A stretch of 64,000 bases of DNA from Candidatus Poribacteria bacterium. GTDB lineage: Bacteria; Poribacteria; WGA-4E; WGA-3G. Position 1 is the first letter of the stretch. Every line of letters starts with the position of its first letter. The translations under genes and the position numbers were made by a program. This document shows, in pieces, positions 21,379 through 31,044 of the stretch. The notes under the pieces were generated by a model. It was not told where the DNA came from. It saw only the letters and a program-made list of their open reading frames with translations, and ran no database searches. Location: positions 2,112,001 to 2,176,000 of the forward strand of contig CBDANF010000003.1 in the NCBI GenBank assembly GCA_965197475.1, read 5' to 3'.

Positions 21379-22221
21379 TAACAGGTTTGCTAATGCAGCA
21401 AATTCGGTAATATCTAACGTTTCAGCACGCCGTTGCGGTGCGATGTCTAATTCGGCAAATGCAGCACTTAGCGTTTCTGCCGATGCAAATCGACGCAACG
21501 AGTTTTTGAGCATTTTTCGCCTTCCCCGAAACGCCTCCCTAACAACCCTAAAAAAGTACTCTTCGTCGTTCACTACGACTCTCGGTGCATCGCGCATTGT
21601 CAGTTTCAACAGTGCTGAGTCCACTTGTGGCGCAGGGAAAAAATTATCTGGTGAGAGTATTCCAATCAACGCAGTATCAACGTGATAGGAAATACCAATA
21701 GTCAATGCGCCGTAGTCTTTCCCGCCGGGTGGGGCGACAATCCGTTCAGCGACCTCCCGCTGCATCATTAAAACACAACTGCTGAGCTGGTTTGCGTGTT
21801 CCAGAAGTTTCCATAAAACCGGTGCAGTTATACCGTACGGGAGATTCGCTATAACCTTCGGACGTGTATTCGGAGGAAAAAGCGATGAAAACTCTAATTC
21901 AAGAATATCGGCGTGAACTATTTGTATATCCGCATCAGTTTTAAATTGGGATTCTAATTCTTTATATAAGATCGGATCAACTTCAATGGCTATGACGGTT
22001 TTTGCTTGTGCTGCCAACGCCGCTGTAAGGCATCCGAGTCCAGCACCGATTTCAATGACCACATCGGTATTTGTCACTTCGCCAGCTTCAATGATAATTG
22101 ATAAAACATCGGGGTTGATGAGGAAGTGCTGTCCTAATTGTTTTTTGGGGTGTACGCGGTGCATCTTGAGAAATGCGCGTGCTTGCTGCTGAAGTGTGAT
22201 CGGTTCAAGATTTGTCTTCAT
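21364..22221 (-). CDS. rsmA: 16S rRNA m6,2A dimethyltransferase
   Basis: KKQLGQHFL, EIGAGLG, ANLPY, QREVAERI, FFPAPQVDS, RAETL. Confidence 0.96.
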   Translation of the reverse strand: MKTNLEPITLQQQARAFLKMHRVHPKKQLGQHFLINPDVLSIIIEAGEVTNTDVVIEIGAGLGCLTAALAAQAKTVIAIEVDPILYKELESQFKTDADIQIVHADILELEFSSLFPPNTRPKVIANLPYGITAPVLWKLLEHANQLSSCVLMMQREVAERIVAPPGGKDYGALTIGISYHVDTALIGILSPDNFFPAPQVDSALLKLTMRDAPRVVVNDEEYFFRVVREAFRGRRKMLKNSLRRFASAETLSAAFAELDIAPQRRAETLDITEFAALANLLLANV

Positions 22222-22370
22222 TACAATACTTTGAAATGTCTATTAAACTCGTGATTTTGAAGGAAGTCATATTGAGTAAAACATAAAGATGTGGTAAAAT
22301 AGGGAAAGAAAAGGGGATCTTTACGCCCCTTTCTACCTCATATATCCATTCACATTATGAAAGATGTTAT

Positions 22371-23100
22371 TATGACAGACAAGACTCAAAAGCCCAAAAA
22401 TACAAATGTATTCCGAAGCAGGTTTCCCGTAAAGATTTCAATCGTTATATCTTACCACATTTAGCGAAACGAGTCAAAGGCCCGAAACCGAAACTCTCCT
22501 TGGACAAGATATTCAACTATATCCTCTATGTTTTACATACGGGTATTCAATGGGATCAACTCCGAACCCGGCATCCTGAACTCCATTGGTCTAATATCTA
22601 TAAATGGCATAATCGGTGGTCAAAAGATGGCTCGTATCAGAAACTTTTTGAGGCATCAGTGATACACCTGCTTGACACCGACCAACAGCCCGATAACCAT
22701 CAAACCTGTCAACCAACATGGGACAAAGATTTTGCCCGAAACATTCACCGATCTTATCGCCTTTGCTAATCGTATTGGAATGGACCTCAATGCTTCCGTT
22801 CTAACACTGGATTCCGGTTTTGATTCCAAAAAGAATCATAAGATTATCAAACAACACGGCTGCTCCCAGTGATATCCGAACCGGCGGAATGCCAAAGAAC
22901 CTATTGTAATTGCCCGTCCGTTCCGGTGGTTTAACAAAGAAATGGACAAAGACCGATATAAAGTGGAGCGAACCTTGGGTTGGCAAGAGACTTATCGGAA
23001 ACTTGCCCTTAGTTATGATAAACTCAAAGAAACACGCTTAGGTTTTCGTAATTTAGCATATTCAATGATAAACTTTCGGAGAACTTTCAACGATGCTTAG
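22371..23100 (+). mobile_element. IS5-family transposase pseudogene (frameshifts, internal deletion)
   Basis: Fragments FNYILYVLHTGIQW...IYKWHNRWSKDG (DUF4096-like), LTLDSGFDS and RYKVERTLGW...RKLALSYD in different frames. Confidence 0.8.
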
Positions 23101-23151
23101 CTCTTACTCGCTATGAGTTCTACATGTAATTCGGTGCCGCATGAAAAGGCG

Positions 23152-23310
23152 TTATTGGAAAAACGAGGGATCCCACAGAAGTACTGTACCATCCCAACTT
23201 CCGCTTGCAAGTGTACTACCGTCGGCACTGAATACAACACTCCTAATTCCTTGTGCATGTCCTGTAAATGTTGTTTTTGGCTTACCGGTAGCAACATCTC
23301 ATAAATACAC
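23152..23310 (-). pseudogene. Isolated C-terminal WD40 repeat fragment
   Basis: Manual translation VYL*DVATGKPKTTFTGHAQGIRSVVFSADGSTLASGSWDGTVLLWDPSFFQ*, with TGA where Trp is expected. Confidence 0.8.
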
Positions 23311-23432
23311 ATTTTCTTTTCTTAAAGGTTTTGCCAAGTATGTTATCATCTTTACAATAGATGCCATATAATGCGGTTAAGAGGGGTACCGATAGTTCAG
23401 ACATCATTAGTTAGGCAATACCCTCCTTGGGT

Positions 23433-24557
23433 TTATCCCTCTTCAATTGCTTCAACATTAGCACGGGGCAATGTAGCTTTTTCACCATCTCCAAATTCAA
23501 CTTGTAGCACCCGCACCTCTGCTTCAGTTTCCAATTTTTGTAGTTTAATCGGTAATTCAGTCACGCGTCCCAATTTTCCGAAATGCGGTTCACGAATAAT
23601 TCGGACAGGACTGCCGATCTCTAATAATCCCACAGTTGCGTCAGCATCTGTGTCTTTACCTTCTGAAACAAAAGGAATAACAATCTCAGGACGTACAACC
23701 CCAGCGCGAATCTGCGTAGCACCGTTGATAGAGGTTTTCATTCCTTCACGCGCTTTTAGTAGTGCAAAAGTCCGTTCAGCCATCGCGATGCTTCCAAAAC
23801 CTTCGGTGATGACAAGTGTGATACCAAGTTTTTCAGAACCGGTAATTGCCACGCCAAGTTCATAACCGAGAAGTTGCCGTAGGTCCGCGTCATCAATACC
23901 ACCCGCGATGATACCACTTACACCAAGTTCAACAGATTTCTGAATCACATCGGTTGTAATCAACGAACCTCCGACGATTATACTGCCGCTGTGTTCTGGT
24001 AATATCTGTTCTGCTGACAACGTATCACTCGGTGAATTGGCCACGACGACTAAGTCTCCTAATGTTTCGCCGCCAACCCCAAAGATACCTTGGATATAAG
24101 TACCATAAGTTTCCACAGTGACACCTTCGTTAGGGACAGTTTCTGTTACCGTGCCATCTGTGTATGCTTTGACTTCAACAGGGATAGGTGGTTCGCGAAG
24201 GATTACTTGCCCCGTGACATCGGATATGGACTCAATCGTGCCATCAATCGGAGAAAGTACCTGTGATTTGAAAAGACCGAAAAGTCCTTTTGTTGTGGCG
24301 ATAATTTCGTCTTTTGAGATGGCTTCACCTACGGGTTTGAGCATGTATTCTTCAACTTCGTTCGGTTGAACACTGAGTAAATTAGCAACGTTTAGTAGTT
24401 GAACGTTGCCGGGCAGATCTGCTTTTGCAACAACGTCTTCTGCTTTAACTGCTGCACCGGCTTCAACAAGCACCTCGCCTTCAAGCGGTAGCCTGCGTTT
24501 TTTTTTAATTGTCATCCTCTCCGTGACTTTAAGTCCGGGGGTATATGCATGCGCCAT
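23433..24557 (-). CDS. Conserved hypothetical protein with barrel-sandwich-hybrid-like repeats and KOW-like C-terminus
   Basis: LVEAGAAVKAEDVVA, LSPIDGTIESIS, IQGIFGVGGE, ITEGFG, GSPVRIIREPHFGKLG; clean 374-aa ORF with SD. Confidence 0.75.
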   Translation of the reverse strand: MAHAYTPGLKVTERMTIKKKRRLPLEGEVLVEAGAAVKAEDVVAKADLPGNVQLLNVANLLSVQPNEVEEYMLKPVGEAISKDEIIATTKGLFGLFKSQVLSPIDGTIESISDVTGQVILREPPIPVEVKAYTDGTVTETVPNEGVTVETYGTYIQGIFGVGGETLGDLVVVANSPSDTLSAEQILPEHSGSIIVGGSLITTDVIQKSVELGVSGIIAGGIDDADLRQLLGYELGVAITGSEKLGITLVITEGFGSIAMAERTFALLKAREGMKTSINGATQIRAGVVRPEIVIPFVSEGKDTDADATVGLLEIGSPVRIIREPHFGKLGRVTELPIKLQKLETEAEVRVLQVEFGDGEKATLPRANVEAIEEG

Positions 24558-24650
24558 TAATTGCCTCTATTTCAAGATGTATTATAGTTCTTCTATTATC
24601 AATAAGTTTATGGTAAAATGGAATAAAAAATTTGTTTAGGTGAAATAACA

Positions 24651-25494
24651 ATGTCAACCCAAAGGGTCGCTTACAAAACTGATAAAAATATGCCAACCCC
24701 AGCGCAACTTGCCGAAATGGGACGCGAACTCCAATTTTACCCAAGCATTACCCAAAATCCAACTGTGCTTATCCCACAGCAAGTGGCTGATTTCAACAGC
24801 GTCGGATATATCAAAAGCATTCCAATTTTCAATGGAGTTGAGATCAGTGAACACCGCCAATACTTTGATGCATTGTTAGCGAACGTGCTGTCGGCAGGTG
24901 GGAGTAGTTACTCAATTATCTCCGCCCACATGAAATATGGAAAAGTCTATGACATCCTCACACATCCAAAGATTGTAGCATGTGTGAAAGACCTACTTGG
25001 TAAGGATGTAATCGGTTGGGGTGCGCACTACTTATGCAAAATGCCGCACGATCCGAAAACCGCCGGTTGGCATCAAGATGCTAGCTACTGGCCCCTCACA
25101 CCTTCTAAAACCGTTACCGTTTGGCTCGCGATTGACGATGCAACCGTTGAAAACGGTGCCATGCGTTTTATCGCAGGTTCACATCACAAAGGGTATTTGA
25201 CATCTCAACACAGTAGACCGGAAGACAACAGTGTGTTGGGTCAAATCGTTGAAAATGCCGAGCAGTACGGCGAACCCGTTAACGTTGAACTGAAAGCAGG
25301 TGAAATTTCCATCCATACCGACCTACTTTTGCACGGGTCAAACGCCAATCCTTCACCTAAGCGACGATGCGGGCTCACGCTACTGCACCACTGATGTCCA
25401 AGCATCCTTTCGCTGGGATAGAGAAGGTGTCGTCGTAAGTGGTAATGATAGCAGCGGTCTCTGGGGCAACCCACCACGTCCGACTACCGATTAA
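24651..25494 (+). pseudogene. Phytanoyl-CoA dioxygenase (PhyH) family Fe/2OG oxygenase, frameshifted near the 3' end
   Basis: WHQDASYW, VWLAIDDA..ENGAM, LLHGS..N.S..RRCGLT; continues in another frame from ~25378 (RYCTTDV...PRPTTD*). Confidence 0.85.
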
Positions 25495-25542
25495 TCCCAC
25501 AGATGTGTAAATGCACGCGACTGGGTATTTTCTTTTATTAAA

Positions 25543-25571
25543 ATTATACCACATTTCGGGAAAGTAGTCAA
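25543..25571 (-). promoter_or_regulatory. Orphan near-consensus sigma70 promoter facing antisense into phyH
   Basis: Minus strand TTGACT, 17-nt spacer, TG-extended TATAAT. Confidence 0.5.
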
Positions 25572-25619
25572 ATGTAGTGAACTTTCGGATAGCAATCTTG
25601 AGAGTGTTGTTTCCTTCTT

Positions 25620-25903
25620 TTATTTCACATCGCACCGTAAAAATGCTAAAGACGCTGCCATAAACAGAAGTAACACAAGTGAGGCTAACAACGTCAAGTC
25701 CAACATCGCACCTCCGAGAGTGATATTCAGCACCATCTGTTCTGAAAACTTAGGAATGCTATTAAAAGCAACCGGTTTTTGGGATAACTCTTCCTTTATA
25801 AGATAGACATGATAACTTTCGTTGTCTGCTCTGTCCTCTGATCTGATGAAATCAATAAACTGTTGTCTGTAGTGGCGCGCTTGTTGGACAAATCTTGGCT
25901 CAT
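25620..25903 (-). pseudogene. C-terminal fragment of an ABC-2-type transporter permease
   Basis: Manual translation RFVQQARHYRQQFIDFIRSED...IPKFSEQ...LDLTLLASLVLLLFMAASLAFLRCDVK*; no 5' part present. Confidence 0.7.
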
Positions 25904-26195
25904 GTAAAGAATGAGTGCTAATGAAAAAGTTTAACCCGCGTGGCCGTTGCCTTCATTATAAACAACCACACACTTTTTACATGAGCGAACAGACTTTACT
26001 AAACAGCGATAGTAGGAGACGAAGCCTTGGAAAACACACAACTTTCAAACATCTACAAAATGTGGAAAATCCTTAAATTGACACCTATGGGTTTCACGTT
26101 GTTCTACCCCAACGGATGCCATAAGCGCATTCGGCGTTGATTCCCTACGGTTTTAGTCAAACTCACGTTATAATTATGGATTTTACTTACGATAA

Positions 26196-26226
26196 TAGGC
26201 GCGCCCTAAACAAAGAGCGCGCCTAC
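26196..26226. terminator. GC-rich hairpin downstream of the EF-G paralog (terminator or GTAG-type REP)
   Basis: TAGGCGCGC-12 nt-GCGCGCCTA inverted repeat. Confidence 0.55.
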
Positions 26227-26270
26227 TGATGAACAGAACATGTGTTTACTGAAAGAGAACTTATCAGCGG

Positions 26271-28346
26271 TTACGACTCGTCCTCATCCTGCTTTGAGGC
26301 GGCAATTACTTTTTGAGCAACGTCATCAGGAACAATCTCATAACGTTCGAATTCCATGGTGAAGTTGCCTCGCGCACTCGTCATCGATTTCAGATCAATA
26401 GAATAACGGAGCATCTCTGAATGCGGCACCAGAGCTTGAATTACTTGACGTTTGCCTACCTGTTCAACACCCATCACCTGTCCCCGTCGTCCGTTCAGGT
26501 CACCGATGATACTTCCCATAAACTGTTCCGGCACAGAAATCGAGACGTTCATAATCGGTTCAAGCAAGCACGGTTCCGCCTGTTGCACGGCAGTGGCAAA
26601 TGCGAGAGAGCCAGCGATTTGGAATGCCATATCCGAAGAATCCACTTGGTGGTGTTTTCCATCGTGCAGGTTAATCTGGATATCAACTAATGGGTATCCT
26701 GCTATTGATCCTCGTTCCATTCTTTGACGGATGCCTTTTTCTACTGCCGGAATGTAGTTGCTCGGAATCGCTCCCCCTTTAATGTTGTCAACAAACTCAA
26801 ACCCTTGACCACGTTCTAACGGTGCAAGGTTAATCGTGACATCTCCGAATTGTCCTTTACCACCCGATTGCTTTTTGTGTCTCTCTTGAACATCTTGCAC
26901 GCTTTTGCGAACCGTTTCTTGATAAGCCACTTTCGGGGGGGCAAGCTGCGTTTCTACACCGAATTTCTCAACAATTCGCTGACGATTCACGTTAATGTGA
27001 AGTTCACCTAAACCGGAAACCAACAGTTGCTTCGTAACGTCGTTTCGTTCAATCTTGAAAACAGGGTCTTCCTCACCCATCCGTGTCAGAGCAGGGATAA
27101 GTTTTTCGTCATCACCTTCTCGCTTCGGACTAATGGCGTAAGAGATGACCGTGTTTGGAAACTCAATTCCAGGAAGTTTAATAGGGGCATCTCTGGCACA
27201 CAACGTATCTCCTGTCCGTGTAATGCTGAGTTTGGTCAGTGCGCCGATATCGCCAGCCACTACACCAGGCGTGTTAACGGCTTGTTTGCCGCTCATGAAT
27301 GCGGGTTTTCCAAGCCGTTCTAACTCCCCTCGCGTAGAATTGTTCACCTGTAAATCACCCATCAGGGTTCCAGAGTAGACTCGAAAGAAGCTGAGCTGCC
27401 CTGAAAACGGATCGGCAATAGTCTTGAAAACCAGAGCAGATAGAGAGGCATCCGAAGAAGGTTCACGTGTCTTCGATTCGTCTTCAACATCTTGCACTGG
27501 ACCGGCTTGTACGGGAGATGGACAACAACTAATAAGCATATCCATCAATTGCTGAACACCGATGTTTTTCAACGCGGCCCCACATAATACCGGAACAAAC
27601 TGATTCTCAAAAATACCAGTTTGCAATCCTTCCTGAATTTCCTCTTCAGAGAGTTCACCTTCGAAAAACTTCTCTATGAGTTCATCATCGCTTTCAGCGG
27701 CGACTTCAACAAGTGCTTCTCGGGATTCTTCAGCGTCACCCGCTAAGTCGTCAGGAATATCAGATTTCGCAACACGTGCGTTTCCATCGGGTTCAAGAAA
27801 TGCACCATCTTGAATCACATCCACAATACCCGTAAACTGATCCTCTTTTCCAATTGGGAGTTGAATCGGGACAGCGCGTGTCTCTAAGATCTCCGTAATA
27901 CTTGCGAGTGCGTTTTCAAAACTTGCGTTCACCTTATCCATCTTGTTGATGAAGATAATCCTTGGCAGTTCATATTTATCCGCTACCTCCCAAACCTTTT
28001 CTGTTCCGCCCTCTACTCCTGTTGTAGCATCCACGACTACGATAACCGCGTCAACAACGCGAAGAACACCGTGAAGATCACCATAAAAATCCTCTGCCCC
28101 GGGTGTATCAATAAGATTGAGTTTATGTTCTTCCCATTCCGCAATACACACTGAACAATTAAGTGAAGTTTTGCGTTCTATCTCATCAGAGGCATAGTCA
28201 GCGACCGTGTCTCCGTCATCCACAGTCCCCATTCGCTCAATGGCACCGCCGTTATAGAGCATCGCTTCAATTAGCGATGTCTTACCAGCCCCTGAATGAG
28301 CAATAATTCCGATGTTCCGAATTTCTTCTGTTCTGTATTGTCTCAT
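26271..28346 (-). CDS. fusA: Elongation factor G paralog (EF-G2/FusA2-like)
   Basis: IRNIGIIAHSGAGKT, DTPG, NKMD, GLGELH, KKQSGGKGQFG, VDSSDMAF, LLEPIM; stand-alone with non-canonical G1/switch I; ATG 28346 follows AGGAG. Confidence 0.9.
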   Translation of the reverse strand: MRQYRTEEIRNIGIIAHSGAGKTSLIEAMLYNGGAIERMGTVDDGDTVADYASDEIERKTSLNCSVCIAEWEEHKLNLIDTPGAEDFYGDLHGVLRVVDAVIVVVDATTGVEGGTEKVWEVADKYELPRIIFINKMDKVNASFENALASITEILETRAVPIQLPIGKEDQFTGIVDVIQDGAFLEPDGNARVAKSDIPDDLAGDAEESREALVEVAAESDDELIEKFFEGELSEEEIQEGLQTGIFENQFVPVLCGAALKNIGVQQLMDMLISCCPSPVQAGPVQDVEDESKTREPSSDASLSALVFKTIADPFSGQLSFFRVYSGTLMGDLQVNNSTRGELERLGKPAFMSGKQAVNTPGVVAGDIGALTKLSITRTGDTLCARDAPIKLPGIEFPNTVISYAISPKREGDDEKLIPALTRMGEEDPVFKIERNDVTKQLLVSGLGELHINVNRQRIVEKFGVETQLAPPKVAYQETVRKSVQDVQERHKKQSGGKGQFGDVTINLAPLERGQGFEFVDNIKGGAIPSNYIPAVEKGIRQRMERGSIAGYPLVDIQINLHDGKHHQVDSSDMAFQIAGSLAFATAVQQAEPCLLEPIMNVSISVPEQFMGSIIGDLNGRRGQVMGVEQVGKRQVIQALVPHSEMLRYSIDLKSMTSARGNFTMEFERYEIVPDDVAQKVIAASKQDEDES

Positions 28347-28564
28347 TTGTAGAAAGTTCTCCTTTTGTAACCACACGGAATAGGTCAAACTATGCCGTTA
28401 TTAAGATAAACTATTTTAGCATATATGACAAAAAAATTTCAACAAAAACCGTAGCAGCAAATTCGTTTGCCATCAGTAGGCTGTCTTAAAGAATTAATTT
28501 CCAAATTCTATTTATATCGGTTATAATGAATTTTAATCACGAATTTATGGAAGGTGGAGTGAAC

Positions 28565-28933
28565 ATGAAAAATCTATTCTTTGCACTCGGTTCAGGATTC
28601 AGTCTATTGGGCGTAGTGTTCGGTGCTTTTGGTGCACACGCACTTAAAGAAAAACTGTCCAAAGAGATGTTAGATATTTTTGAGGTGGCAGTTCGATATC
28701 AGATGTATCACGGGATAGGATTAATTGTAGTGGCATGGGCATTGTCGCAGTGGCAAAACTCGCTGACAACTGCGGCAGGATGGTGTTTTATTGCAGGTAT
28801 TCTAATCTTTTCGGGTAGTCTTTATATCTACAGTTTGACCAACACCTCTTGGCTCGGTGCAATCACACCGATTGGTGGATTAGCGTTCATTGCTGGATGG
28901 GGATTTTTGATAGTAGCAGTTTTTCGGAAGTGA
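28565..28933 (+). CDS. DUF423 (YgdD/TMEM256) membrane protein
   Basis: GAFGAHAL, AVRYQMYH, FSGSLY, GAITPIGG; ATG 28565 follows GGAG. Confidence 0.9.
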   Translation: MKNLFFALGSGFSLLGVVFGAFGAHALKEKLSKEMLDIFEVAVRYQMYHGIGLIVVAWALSQWQNSLTTAAGWCFIAGILIFSGSLYIYSLTNTSWLGAITPIGGLAFIAGWGFLIVAVFRK

Positions 28934-28952
28934 AATTGATTGTTTCAATAAC

Positions 28953-31001
28953 TCAATTATTTATTTGAGCAATTTTCTCCCAATCCCAAAGGAGGATTGT
29001 GCCATCTCTGCTTGCGCTGAATAAAGTTTTTCCATCTTCTGAGAACATCAAAGCGTTGACCCAATTGGTATGCCCTATGTGCGTAGACAAAAGACGAAGC
29101 GTGTGCGCGCCCCACAATTGGATTTTTCCGTTGTAATTTCCACTTACAATCGTTTTACCATCTGGCGAAAATTGCAGGGTGTTCACAGTTCCCTCAGTTT
29201 GACTGTTAGTTAGCTGCTGACCTGTCGTTACGTCCCATAAATAAATTGTCTGATAATTTTCTCCGCTTGCAAGTATTTTTCCGTTCGGTGAGAATGCTAA
29301 CGCCCTGATTGTTTGTTTATGCCCAGTAAGCGTAAAACGGGTACTGCCCATCTCCACGTCCCACAAGCGAATTACTTTGTTCCTATCATGTACGGTTGCC
29401 AGTATTTTCCCGTTTGGTGAGAATTTCAATATATATCCCTCATCTATATGACCTTCAAGGGTATATTGCGGGGAAATTGACTTGGAACTGAAGAAAAGTC
29501 TTTTCAAGAACGATCGTGACTGATTAGGAATGTTCCACACATGAATTAGCCCGATTCCCTGGTGCACAGTTGCACTTGCTAACCTTTTCCCATCTAACGA
29601 GAATACGAAATTCGGTATTTTAGACAACGGAACCTCACGCCCCTTTAAAGTCGCTCGTATACGTTTTTTGGATATATCCCACAATAACGTATATTTCGCA
29701 GTCCAATCCTTAAGAGTGAGCGTCTTGGCATCCGGTGAAATTGCTTGAGGACTTTTATTTTTGAAGTAGTATCCTGACAGATGGTGCCCTACATTAATAT
29801 CCCAGTGCAGTAGTTGACTTTTCCATGAATGCACGCTGATTAAGGCGTTTCTTTCTTCAGAAGCGGCTAACTCTGAGATTTCGCTTGTATGCCCTGGGCA
29901 TATAAATTGTTGGCGACCCGTGATTGTATCCCACGCTCGAATTGTACCGTCGTCGCTGCCAGAAAGCAGCATTTTTCCATCCGGTGAAAATGCTAACGTG
30001 GAAACATCGTCTTTATGTCCTTTGAGCGTTAAAGTGGGCAGATATTGACCTATTTTTCCCCGTAACCCTTGTTGTTTCGCGGTTGCATTCCACAAGCGTA
30101 TACTTCCACCATAACCTCCGCTCGCAAGTAATTTACCATTCGGTGCAAAGGATAATGCATAGAAACCATCAGGTGCTTTGAAGGTTGCGTGAGATGTTGC
30201 GGTATCCATATTCCACAACTTGATTGTCCGGGATTCATCACCACTTGCAAGCGTCTTACCATCCGGTGAAAACGCCAAAGCCTTTATCCACCGTGTATGT
30301 CCTGTTAGAGTGAACAAATGGTTCCCAGTTGTCGCATTCCATACATGGATCGGAGAGATGTGTCGTGGTTCTGACACTGCAATTGCAAGAAAACGCCTAT
30401 CTTGTGAAAGTGCAATTACGAATCTATGTGCTTTAAAGTCGAAATCTATATTTGTAATAGGCAGCGGTGCTGCCTCATCACCGAGGTTCCAAACGTGAAT
30501 TTTTTTATGCCGCCTGCTTACACTAATCAGTTTTACACCATCCTCAGAGAAGATAACTGGTGTTGAGAGTTTGATTTTTTCATTTACGAGAATAGAGCGG
30601 AGTTCGCCGGTGGTTGCATTCCATCGCGGTACCCCTCCCGTAGAATTGGCACCAACAAGAAAACGACCGTCTTTAGAAAAAGCAACTCCTTTTATGTCCT
30701 GCCTATCCCCTTTGAACAAGGAGATTTCTTTTCCAGTTTGGGCATCATACATCCAGACACCAATAGTGGTTGCCACTGCAAACCGAGTGCCATCCGGTGA
30801 AAACTTTATGTCATTTATACTGCCTTTGCCTAAACGCGCTTTGGCACCTTCAGGCAATTCCCATTGGGTATACTCAACATCGGATGACTGTGGTATCAAT
30901 TCTGTTGAATCCCGATTCGTTACCCAACGAACGAACACCATCAACGCAATAGTGCCGAAAACCGCTGTTAGTATCACAAAGAAGACACGTGAGATTTTCA
31001 T
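28953..31001 (-). CDS. Membrane-anchored WD40-repeat protein (probably two propellers)
   Basis: N-terminal TM, YTQWELPEGAKARLGKG, many GH...LAFSPDGKxLASG...LWD repeats; start probably ATG 31001. Confidence 0.92.
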   Translation of the reverse strand: MKISRVFFVILTAVFGTIALMVFVRWVTNRDSTELIPQSSDVEYTQWELPEGAKARLGKGSINDIKFSPDGTRFAVATTIGVWMYDAQTGKEISLFKGDRQDIKGVAFSKDGRFLVGANSTGGVPRWNATTGELRSILVNEKIKLSTPVIFSEDGVKLISVSRRHKKIHVWNLGDEAAPLPITNIDFDFKAHRFVIALSQDRRFLAIAVSEPRHISPIHVWNATTGNHLFTLTGHTRWIKALAFSPDGKTLASGDESRTIKLWNMDTATSHATFKAPDGFYALSFAPNGKLLASGGYGGSIRLWNATAKQQGLRGKIGQYLPTLTLKGHKDDVSTLAFSPDGKMLLSGSDDGTIRAWDTITGRQQFICPGHTSEISELAASEERNALISVHSWKSQLLHWDINVGHHLSGYYFKNKSPQAISPDAKTLTLKDWTAKYTLLWDISKKRIRATLKGREVPLSKIPNFVFSLDGKRLASATVHQGIGLIHVWNIPNQSRSFLKRLFFSSKSISPQYTLEGHIDEGYILKFSPNGKILATVHDRNKVIRLWDVEMGSTRFTLTGHKQTIRALAFSPNGKILASGENYQTIYLWDVTTGQQLTNSQTEGTVNTLQFSPDGKTIVSGNYNGKIQLWGAHTLRLLSTHIGHTNWVNALMFSEDGKTLFSASRDGTILLWDWEKIAQINN

Positions 31002-31044
31002 AGGTATTAAATTCCCTTTAGCATAATGTATACGAAAATAGTAA

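Noticed and set aside
23299-23301. TGA recoding (Trp/Gly/Sec) suggested by the in-frame TGAs in the WD40 fragment and ISAs1
   Set aside because: Intact genes in the window (e.g. the DUF423 gene, tmk, the marR fusion) end in TGA and use TGG for Trp; the in-frame TGAs occur only in decayed sequences.
24651-25494. Fe/2OG halogenase
   Set aside because: The metal motif is H-Q-D (carboxylate retained), typical of hydroxylases; halogenases have Ala or Gly at that position.
25905-26190. Structured ncRNA or riboswitch downstream of the EF-G paralog
   Set aside because: Only weak, degenerate REP-like palindromes were seen; no recognisable RNA family could be supported by eye.
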